Origin: Eledone cirrhosa
Taxonomy: Eukaryota
Direction of reading: 5' to 3'
Length of the DNA stretch: 64,000 nucleotides
Assembly (NCBI GenBank): GCA_964016885.1
Contig: OZ024758.1
Location: 17,732,001-17,796,000 of the forward strand
Shown here piece by piece: positions 53,280-64,000 of this stretch. Numbering within the stretch: the stretch's first letter is position 1; the number at the start of each line of letters is the position of its first letter. The notes under the pieces are model-generated. The model worked only from the letters and a program-made list of their open reading frames with translations, did no database searches and had not been told where the DNA came from. The position numbers and the translations under genes are program-made.

Positions 53280-53610
53280 TTACAGAGTTGGATTCACAAT
53301 TGTGAGATTGTAAGTTTAATTCTCAAACCAAGTGATGTGTTGTGTCCTTACACAAGACACTTTATTTCATGTTATTAACTTTATTTCACTCCACAGTGAA
53401 AATGAGTCGCCAGGTCACTAGTACCAATCTGTATCAGTCTTTGCTTTCTCTTGGACAACATTGGTGGCATGGAGAAAGGAGATTGGTATGCATGGGCGAC
53501 TACTGATCTACTACAAAACACCTTGCACAGGTGTGTGCCTCAGAGGGAGACTTTCTTTGTGCAAATCCCATGGACATTCTTGACCGTAGGAAGTTTTTAC
53601 ACCTTAATAG
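53280..53610 (+). mobile_element. Diverged SINE with a B-type core and a third tail type
   Basis: GATGTGTTGTGTCCTTACACAAGACACTTTATTTCA core; tail AATCCCATGGAC. Confidence 0.6.
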
Positions 53611-53990
53611 CACACACACAGACACATAAATGAAATACATCTGTATTCCCGACAGTGTTACACTGATATGTATACATGTGTGTGTGTGTGTATGTCTTTC
53701 TTATTGTAGTGTATTGATGAAATATTTTTAGAATTATCTTCCTTTTATTTAGCCGTTAAGTTATGAAAGAATTGGTATTAACAAAACATAATCCGCTTCA
53801 GATGTATCTATATAAATATGATAACAATAAGTTGAGAATTTTTTTGCACAGGACAATAGGCAGATCATACAGAAGCAACACATCAATAAACAAAATCTAC
53901 CTTATTCCAGCAATATACATATGCATGGATAGATTTGGAAAAATAATAAGAAGTACAACAACCACAACAACATTAATAAAAATAATGAAG

Positions 53991-54023
<33 letters not shown>

Positions 54024-54382
54024 TAGATGATAATAATAATAATATAGATGATAATAAAGATAATAAAGATGATGATAATGCTTTGATAATGATAACAAAA
54101 ATAATAATAAAGATAATAAAGATGATAATAAAAATAATAATGAAGAAGATAGTAATAGCAACAAGGAGAAGAAAAGTAGAATAGCAAGAACAACAATAAC
54201 AAAACAGCAATGAAAACAAAAGCAAAAAAACAAAAGCCAAAAAAAAACACGGATAAGCAATATAAAAGGAACTATAAAGAAAAAAAGAAAAGAATTTAAA
54301 CATATTTAGATCATTATTGTGCAAAATATGGAATCATAGACGTGACGTTGTGCAAGATTGACATTAATATTATTATTGCCAT

Positions 54383-54449
<67 letters not shown>

Positions 54450-54594
54450 GTTACTATTAATATTCTTATATTTTCTTTTTTTAACATTTCTGCTTCTCTG
54501 TTATTGTAATTCGGCATAGACAAGTTGAGGAACAGAAAGAAAAAAAAAAAACAGATATGTTATAGTCACATACAGATGTATCTATCTGTCTATG

Positions 54595-54638
<44 letters not shown>

Positions 54639-54683
54639 TATGTATATATATATATATAAATATATGTATATATATAAAAATAA

Positions 54684-54748
<65 letters not shown>

Positions 54749-54901
54749 AATATATGTATATATATAAAAATAAGTATATATATATATATATATATATATA
54801 CAATATATAATATTGTAAATATACTCCAAATATTTGTCGAGTGCTTTTATATCAGTTATAAATATTTACTAGTTGTAACCCAACAATTTTAAATATAACT
54901 T

Positions 54902-54953
<52 letters not shown>

Positions 54954-55360
54954 AATATATGTATATATATATATATAAATATATGTATATATATATATAT
55001 ATATATACATACTTATATAAATATATGTATATATATAAGTATATATATATATATAAATATAAGTATATATATAAATATAAGTATATATATATATATAAAT
55101 ATAAGTATATATATAAATATAAGTATATATATATAAATATAAGTATATATATATAAAAATATAAGTATATATATATATATATAAATATAAGTATATATAT
55201 ATATAAATATAAGTATATATATATCAAAAATTTAAGTATATATATATATAAATATATGTATATATATATATATAAATATATGTATATATATATATATATA
55301 AATATAAGTATGTATATATATATATATATATATAAGTGTATATATATATATAAATATAAG

Positions 55361-55392
<32 letters not shown>

Positions 55393-56024
55393 AGTATATA
55401 TATATATATAATTATATATATATATATACACACACAAATATATATGGATATAACTATATATATATTTATACGCATATATTTATTTATATGTATACATATA
55501 TATTTCATCATCATCATCATCGTTTAACGTTCATTTTCCATATATAATTATACATATATATGCATGTATGTATATATATGTATATAAATATTTATACGTG
55601 TATATATATATATATTTATATGTATACGTATATATTTATATATGATTACATAGTATATATATGCATGCATGTATGTATATATATATATATATATATAATA
55701 TATATATATAAATATTAATACGTATATATATATTTATATATGATTACATAGTATATATATGCATGCATATATCTATATATATATAATATATATATATAAA
55801 TATTAATATGTATATATATATTTATATATAATTATACATATATTTAAATGCATGTATATATATATATATATATACACACCATTAATGTTGCCTACTTGCT
55901 GTAGTATAAATGTAACAAAGGTAATATCAAATTCATTCTCACATTAAAATGCAAGAAAAATGATTATATTCATTTTTGTGAAGGCATTTGATATATATAT
56001 GTATGTATGTACAAATATATATAT

Positions 56025-56181
<157 letters not shown>

Positions 56182-56190
56182 CATATGTAT

Positions 56191-56230
<40 letters not shown>

Positions 56231-56701
56231 ACATATACATTATGTATACATATATACACACACACACATTCTGAATTTCTTTCATTTTAGCATTTTATTT
56301 CATATTTTTACTTTCCAAAGAATCCCCTTTCAGGAATTTAACAATTCTTTATACACAGGAATAATATCATCACCAGCACAAGGTAATATGTTAGTACGCA
56401 TGTATTTTAGTTATCTTTTAACTAGCAACAGTTTCAGTAATTTTTATATATTTATGATTTCTATGGTGTAGGCATATAACTATTTTAATTGGGAAAGTTT
56501 GTACAGTGAATTGAAGTAACTTAAATATTTTCACCATTGAATTTTATCCATTGTGATATGATGGAGTGTAAATATCACATTTGATTGATAGATTTGAATA
56601 CTGAAATGAAACATATTGAATTATGTAATACTAAATAGTTAAAATATTGAAATGTTAATCATATAATCATCCCACAATACAATTTATATATTAAGTGTTC
56701 C

Positions 56702-56736
<35 letters not shown>

Positions 56737-56742
<6 letters not shown>

Positions 56743-57510
56743 AAGTGAGTCCTTCATCAGTGACCCTCCAACCGTCCTGGGCATTTCATCGCTTTAAGGG
56801 CCATATGCCTCGGGTTGGTGCGAACAACGGCTAAAAAAAGTCGTTGGGACACGTAAATAAAGGGGGACGCCAGAGTAACAACAAAAAAGTTTTAGCAACG
56901 GAAAGTGAGTAGAAATAGACAAGTCCCAGATCTCTATGAATATAAACTCTGTGAAATCGTGAACAAGCGACAAAAGACCATCAAACCTGGTTGAAATGTG
57001 AGCAAGGAAAGAATTTCGCCCAAGTTTGACGGGGGGGGGAAAAAGAGAGAGAGAAAAAGGAGAGAAGAGGAAGAAGAAGAAGAAGAAGAAGAAGAAGAAG
57101 AAGAAGAAGAAGAAGATAAAGGGGTCTGTTCTACGAATCCAGTAAACGTAAGTTTTGTGAAGTCGCAGACGAAAGATATATATATATATATAGACCCCTT
57201 CTTCCTCCCGTTAGACCTGTGCGAAATTCCTTCCTTGCTCACATTTCAACCAGGTTTGATGGTCTTTATTCTCTCTCGTTCACGTTTTGACCGAACTTAT
57301 ATTCATGGAAATTTGGGACTTGACTCGTTCTTCCTCACTTTTCGTTGCTTCACCATCTTTGTTTATTTACACTCTCGCTGTTCCCTTTATTTACATGTCC
57401 CAACGACTTTCTTTAGCCGTTGCTCGCACCAACCGGAGGTATAAGCTCTTTAAAGCGAAGAAATACCGATGATGGTAGGAAGATCACTGATGAAGGACCA
57501 CTTTATTCAT
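56737..57510. mobile_element. ~770-bp imperfect fold-back element in (TA)n
   Basis: Arms ~56737-57127 / 57192-57510; both end in CACTGATGAAGGAC; (GAA)n expanded in the left arm. Confidence 0.8.
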
Positions 57511-57909
57511 ATATATATATAAGTGTCACTATATATATATATATATATATAAGTGTCACTATATATATATATAGTAATAATAATAAATTTGAAGACTAAA
57601 ATCCAAAGAGGGCTCGATAAGGATAAATATATATGAGTTTCAGAAGATCGCGTTAAGGGTGAAAGCAGCGATTCTTTGCTTAAACTTTAATCTGTTATTT
57701 TAATTAATATATATATATATATATATTTGTTTGTATATATATATATATATATATTTGTGTATATATATATATATATATACATATATATACAGAAATATAT
57801 ATATATATATACAAATATATATGTGTATATATATATGTGTATATATGTATATATATATATGTATATAGATAAATGTTTATATATATATATGTATATATAT
57901 ATATATACA

Positions 57910-58005
<96 letters not shown>

Positions 58006-58025
58006 AATATATATGTGTATATATG

Positions 58026-58063
<38 letters not shown>

Positions 58064-59173
58064 TATATATATATGTCTATATTGACGTTCATCAAAAGAG
58101 ACTGCGGAAACAATGTTTCCGTTGGTCTCTCCAACTGCTAATACTATATATCAGTCGCAACTCCAGGTAGAAGGAGCAATGTGAAATATAGTGTATGTTC
58201 AAGGACATAACACATCGCCCAGTCCAGGAACCAAACTCATAACCTCACAATTGCGAATCCAATTCTCTTATCACTCAGCCACACACTTTCGCATGTCTAT
58301 ATATATATATATCTCTCTCTCTCTCTATATATATATATATGTGTGTGTGTGTGTATATATATAGAAAGTGATAGAGAGTGGAGGGCAGTATTAAGTTTAA
58401 AAGGATGAACAAACACTAAGACTAAGAACTGTTGGAGAATAAATGAAGGAAGCAAAGCTTGTCATATATATGAGATCATCATATTGACAAAAGGAATACG
58501 TATAAAGACGTGATATAATTCTATAGATTAGAAACATTTGAAAAATCTCCAAATATCTCGGAAAGAGCCAATGAATATATTATGGATAAATAAAATAAAT
58601 AAAATAAATATAATAAATAAAATAAATAAAATAAATAAAATAAATATAAAAATGAATTCCTACAAGTATTTTATAGATCTTTAGAATACTACTCAACTAT
58701 AAAATTCAATGTTAACTATGAAATAAAAGCATTAGTAGATTAGCCATATCAGTAATGATTTATGCAATGAATGCAAAGATAAATGAATTATGTTAGACTA
58801 GACGTAAAAACAAGACAACAAACGACAACAGTTAGAAGACATCCACTTTACAGCAGACTTTGACATGCTATATTTACAAATATGTAGCGAATAATTTTCT
58901 AATTACTGCTCTCATTGGAGGAAGAGCACTAATGCAATTATAAAATTATCAACGAAAATCTTGTGTTGGTTTTGGTTTGCATAAATGTATAATAGAAACT
59001 AGCTGTAGGTAAATCCAAATAGATGAGCAAAACCAAAACAAATATATATATATATAAAGCTTAAACAAAACATAAGGAAAATAAATATGATTTGCTGTTT
59101 TTAACGAGGCTAATCACTATAATGAAGAAATTAGTGAAAGGAGGAAATCATAAATTTAAAGATATCTCTATAA

Positions 59174-59353
59174 TAATTGTTTCTACTTTGGCACACATCC
59201 AGCAAATAACCCAATGTATTACTGGTACGTTATTTTATTGACCCCGTAAAGATGAAAGCAAAGTTAACCTCGGCGGAATTTGAACTCAGACCATAAAGGA
59301 CCGTAACTCTTTGCTGCAAAGGATGGTGTCCGAACCGCTACTGATACTGCCAA
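59174..59353 (-). mobile_element. SINE-A
   Basis: Family match. Confidence 0.85.
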
Positions 59354-59381
59354 TAGATATGTCATACATGAATGTCATACA

Positions 59382-59670
59382 TGCAAGGGTGGGACAGGAA
59401 CTGATTGTGGCTTGATTTCTACAGCTGGATGCCCTTCCTAACACCAACCTCATTTACAGTGAGTGGTGGGTGCTTTTTTGCCGTGGCACCTCCACGACCA
59501 CTTTGCAGTGGAATGATAGGGACCCCAGTCCCTATCATCTCATTTCTACAGCTGAGTAAACTGGAGCAATGTGAAATAAAGTGTCTTGCTCAAGGAAAGA
59601 ACATATCGCCCGGTCTGAGAATTGAACTCGCAACCTTTCGATTGCAAGGCCAATGCTCTAACCACTAAGT
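59382..59670 (-). mobile_element. SINE-B
   Basis: Family match. Confidence 0.9.
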
Positions 59671-59674
59671 CATG

Positions 59675-59735
<61 letters not shown>

Positions 59736-59738
<3 letters not shown>

Positions 59739-60782
59739 GGCTCTGTTCTTAGCCTCCTACTATTTATTATTGCCCTTCAGGCTATAACAGAGGAGTTCAA
59801 GACCGGCTGCCCATGGGAACTCCTATACGCAGATGATCTAACGCTCATAGCTGAATCAATGACCGAACTAGAGAAGAAATTCCAAACGTGGAAGCACGGC
59901 CTAGAATCAAAAGGCCTTAAAATTAACCTGGCTAAGACTAAAGTTCTAGTTTGTAGGAAAGAAAATAAGGCGGCGGTCCCATCGGGGAAATGGCCATGCT
60001 CAGTGTGTAGGAAAGGCGTAGGTAGAAACTCCATTTTATGTCCCAAATGCAAAGTATGGGTGCATAAAAGATGTAGTGGGATCACAGGTAAGCTAACTAA
60101 GAACATAGATTTTACATGTGGCCGGTGCTCTGGTGCAATAAGTAGCAGCAAGTGCCCACAAAATACTAGCTCCTTCAACTGCGCAGAGGGTTCTATAGAA
60201 ATAGTGGACAGCTTCCGTTATCTGGGTGACAAAATCAGCAGTGGGGGAGGGTGCTCTGAAAGTACAGTAGCTAGAGTCAGAACTGGATGGAAAAAGTTCA
60301 GAGAGCTTATACCACTATTAGCCGCTAGAGGGTTCTCCCTAAAAATGAAAGGCAGGTTATACGATGCCTGCATACGAACAGCAATGCTGCATGGCAGTGA
60401 GACCTGGGCATTGTGTGCAGAGGATATACGCAGACTAGAGAGGAATGAAGCTTGCATGCTCCGCTGGATGTGCAATAGTAATATACGTGAACGGCAAGGC
60501 ATAAACGAACTAAGGAAAAAATTAGAAATAAGAGGGATCAGATGTTGTTTACTCGAGAGAAGGCTACGTTGGTACGGTCACGTGATGCGCATGAAAGACG
60601 ACAGCTGTATAACAAAGTGCAGGGCAATAAAGATAGACGGTAGCCACGGAGTAGGCAGACCCAGAAAAACATGGGACGAGCTGATAAATTCCGACCTCAC
60701 ACGCTTACACCTCTCCAAGACAATGTCACTGGACCGAGACCTTTGGCGGTACTCAGTAATAGAGAAGACCCGCCTTACCTAA
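59736..60782 (+). CDS. 5'-truncated RTE-clade reverse transcriptase ORF (RT C-terminal half with an embedded PHD-like zinc finger)
   Basis: QGSVLS, LLYADDL, FRYLG, LHGSETW and RLRWYGHV motifs; CSVC...CPKC...HKRC...CGRC insert; open frame with no stops. Confidence 0.93.
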
Positions 60783-61278
60783 ATACAAAGTAAAAACCTA
60801 CTACAGTCAGTAGGCATCTCTATCAAAACACACCCCCGTCCCACCACCTCCACCCCACCCACACCGCCCCTTTCAATGTAAAGTTATGTTGGTCCCACAA
60901 CATCCAGGCCGAAACAAATGAGATCGTGTAGGTGTCACGACAAAAAACACACAGTCCACGCTGTAAATGTGGCCGTGTAGGCAACACGGTAAAAACCTCC
61001 CAGCCCCACACTGTAAATGTGGTTGGTGTTAGGAAGGGCATCCAGCTGTAGAAAACCCGCCAGACAGTCCACGCTGTAATGTGGCCGTGTAGGCAACACG
61101 GTAAAAACCTCCCAGCCCCACACTGTAAATGTGGTTGGTGTTAGGAAGGGCATCCAACTGTAGAAAACCCGCCAGACAGTCCTATGCGAGCAAGACAACC
61201 ACTCTTGCCTCAAGTGGGAAAACACCCGTCCAAACCCATGCAAGCGTGGAACACGGACGCTAAACCTGATGATGATGA
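59736..61278 (+). mobile_element. Young 5'-truncated RTE LINE inserted in (TA)n
   Basis: Open ORF, ~500-bp 3' UTR and (TGA)n tail; (TA)n on both flanks. Confidence 0.93.
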
Positions 61279-61299
61279 TATATATATATATATATATTT

Positions 61300-61488
61300 A
61301 TAGGAATGAGTCGGACCCCGACAGCTGAGCTCAAGCCGTTTCGACGGCTATCTCTGAATTAGACGTCGAAACGGCTTGAGCTCAGCCATCGGGGTCCTAC
61401 TCGTTCCTATTACTCATTCTACTACCCTAAGTATTGAGTACTTTGGTGCGATATGGTCCACCTGGTTCCTTACCACATTTCCTTCGTT
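61300..61488 (+). mobile_element. GAGCTC fold-back family element
   Basis: Arms 61300-61350 / 61360-61410 with GTC GAAA CGGCT TGAGCTC AGCC ATC GGGG; tail matches 36990-37067. Confidence 0.82.
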
Positions 61489-61502
61489 ATATATATATAT
61501 TT

Positions 61503-61633
61503 ATTAAAATAACAGATTAAAGTTTAAGCAAAGAATTGCTGCTTTCACCCTTAGTTAGTTAGTTAGTTTCAGAAGATCCTATTAAGGGTGAAAGCACCGA
61601 TTCTTTGCTTAAACTTTAATCTGTTATTTTAAT
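61503..61633. repeat. 50-bp inverted repeat element; family also at 57585-57705 and 48940-48995
   Basis: TAAGGGTGAAAGCA..GATTCTTTGCTTAAACTTTAATCTGTTATTTTAAT and its reverse complement. Confidence 0.82.
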
Positions 61634-61643
61634 TTATTATTAT

Positions 61644-61700
<57 letters not shown>

Positions 61701-61738
61701 CATATATATATACATATATATATGTGTATATATATATG

Positions 61739-61780
<42 letters not shown>

Positions 61781-62054
61781 CATATATATACATATATATA
61801 TACATATATATATGTGTATATATATATGTATATATATATGTATATATATATATATATATATATACATACATATATACATATATATACATATATATATATG
61901 TGTGTGTGTGCGTGTGTGAAAAATTTGGAAACCCGACAGCTGAGCTACTGCTGTTTAAACATGTAGATCCATATTTTTCATATTACCTTCTCTACTACCC
62001 CAAGTATTGAGTACTCTGGTGAGTAATGGTCTGATTTTTACCACTTCCATTCTG

Positions 62055-62092
<38 letters not shown>

Positions 62093-62105
62093 TACATATA
62101 CATAT

Positions 62106-62307
62106 ATCAAGTTTAATATAGAAAGGGCTTCTACAGGACTTGAACTGTTTCACTGAAAAGATATCATCAGCTTTCCTGATGATTTCTTTTGAATGAAACA
62201 GTTCAAGTCTTATAGATGCCTTTTCTATATTAAATTTGATGTTTACACTCTACTAATATATTGAGTACTTCACTAACTATGGTTGCTCCCGGCTGAACCC
62301 AGGACCC
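62106..62307 (+). mobile_element. Fold-back element with hammerhead core at the apex (family of 9812)
   Basis: Arms 62106-62170 / 62176-62240; CTGATGA TTTCTTTTGAAT GAAAC AGTT CAAG; tail CTCTACTAATATATTGAGTAC. Confidence 0.75.
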
Positions 62308-63074
62308 ACCCACACATATATATATATGTATATATAGATAAGTATGTATGTGTGCAGAATGCTGGGATAAATCAGTAGAGGACCCCAGTTAAAAAAAGGT
62401 ACTCACTTCCTTAATAGAATATAGGCATATTCATTTTATTATAAACATGACTTCTACAGGATTAGACCTGTTTAATTCATAAGATATCTCCAGGAAATTC
62501 CTCATGCTCTTCTACGAATGAAACTGTTCATTGATAAACTCTTCTAACTTGAAAGTGTAAAGTAACATGTATGTATAGTCTTTAAGTTAAAGCTAAATTC
62601 TACCAAATTCTCAGTATCTCTATGGATGTCAGGCAAGAGTCATAAACCATTTCTTGCAAATATTACCTGTAGAAAAATCCATTTAATGTAAGACACTTCT
62701 GTAAAGGGAAAAAACAATATTTCATGTAAAACCTGATACTTCTTTCCTTTAAAATTACCTTCCTACCTTCCTACCTCTATCACAAAATAGACAAAAATAG
62801 ATAAATATATAAGAGTAAAACCCCTAAAGATATAAAGAATGCTAACTGCACAAAACCTCATGGTATTACTATTTTCTACATGGAAATATAACAAAATAAT
62901 CAAGCAATTGATATTCTGTGTATCATGAGTGCTATTATCCTTCCAAGCATCAAACAGGAGAGTATTGAGATCAATAAAAATGTCAATTGAATTGAAGAAT
63001 TGACTGTAATTTGGTTTAGTCTTTTGCAAATGTAAGACATAATTTCTGAACATCATCCCAAAGAGCTTGTACAC

Positions 63075-63690
63075 GTTACACACTCACACTATATAGATAC
63101 ATACGCAAACACACACACACTACACACACAACCACATGTTACACTCACACACAACCACATGTTACACTCACACACTATATAGACACACACACACAACCAA
63201 ATGTTACATACATACACTATATAAACACACACACACACACACACACACAACTACATGTTACATACACACACTATATAAACACACACACAACCACATGTTA
63301 CACACACACTATATAGACACATACACACAACACAACACACATTACATACACACACTATATAGACACACACACCCACACAACCACACATTACATGCACACA
63401 CTATATAGACAAACACACACACAACACACACACAACACACACACAACACACACGTTACATACAGACACTATATAGACAAACACACACACACAACACACAC
63501 ATTACTTACACACACTATATAGACAAACACACACACACACTACTCACACTACACACACATGTACACACACTCATACACTCACATTACACATTACACACTT
63601 ACTCACACTACACACACGTACACACACATATATTACACACACACTCACACACACATTACATACACACACATTACACATATACACAGTACA
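63075..63690. repeat. Degenerate (CA)n-derived minisatellite
   Basis: CACACTATATAGACAC...CCACATGTTAC units. Confidence 0.9.
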
Positions 63691-64000
63691 CCTACAGTAA
63701 ATATGCATGTGAGTATTAGCTGGAAGATTTTGTTAAAAGGGTGATATTTAGTTTAGTAACTTCTTACATTATGTTATACAACAATTCAACCAAAAGTATG
63801 GAAGCAACACCAACACAAAAACCACTTTCAGTATCTCTAATCTAATTTTCCATTTTCTATGAATACCAATGAGATTTAGGATAGTATTTAACTTTTTCCT
63901 CTCAGAGCTGTTTCCCTTCTTAAACGCTGTTACAATAAGCAGTATGTGGCCTCTTATTGTAACTAATTTACTAAGATTGAATCCCTGTTGTTGCTAATGA

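Noticed and set aside
62763-63083. 106-aa non-repetitive ORF
   Set aside because: No recognisable motif, no ATG at the listed start, and no convincing splice boundaries

Overview
AT-rich, repeat-dominated animal DNA that looks intronic or intergenic. The repeat repertoire (huge (TA)n arrays, tRNA-derived SINEs, RTE LINEs) suggests an octopus-like cephalopod, but that is inference. No host protein-coding gene can be called with confidence, and almost all ORF-track entries are microsatellite translations. Supported content: (1) 5'-truncated non-LTR retrotransposons, including an RTE copy with an open RT/PHD-like frame at 59736-60782, several other RTE 3' ends, and an R4/Dong-like restriction-like endonuclease fragment; (2) about 25 copies of one tRNA-derived SINE (family A) and about 7 of a second (family B), whose tail matches an RTE 3' end; (3) piggyBac-, hAT- and Tc2/pogo-type MITEs with TSDs; (4) several minisatellites. 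The most interesting signal is a set of short elements, often fold-back, embedded in (TA)n tracts that carry type I hammerhead ribozyme motifs. About six have a traceable full fold and several more are truncated or degenerate. They include a U3-A8 core variant, forms with a very long stem II, and a shared downstream CTCTAC...YGAGTR motif. They most likely represent Penelope-like pLTR or retrozyme-like remnants. A few possible minus-strand exons are noted at low confidence. All folds and alignments were done by eye.
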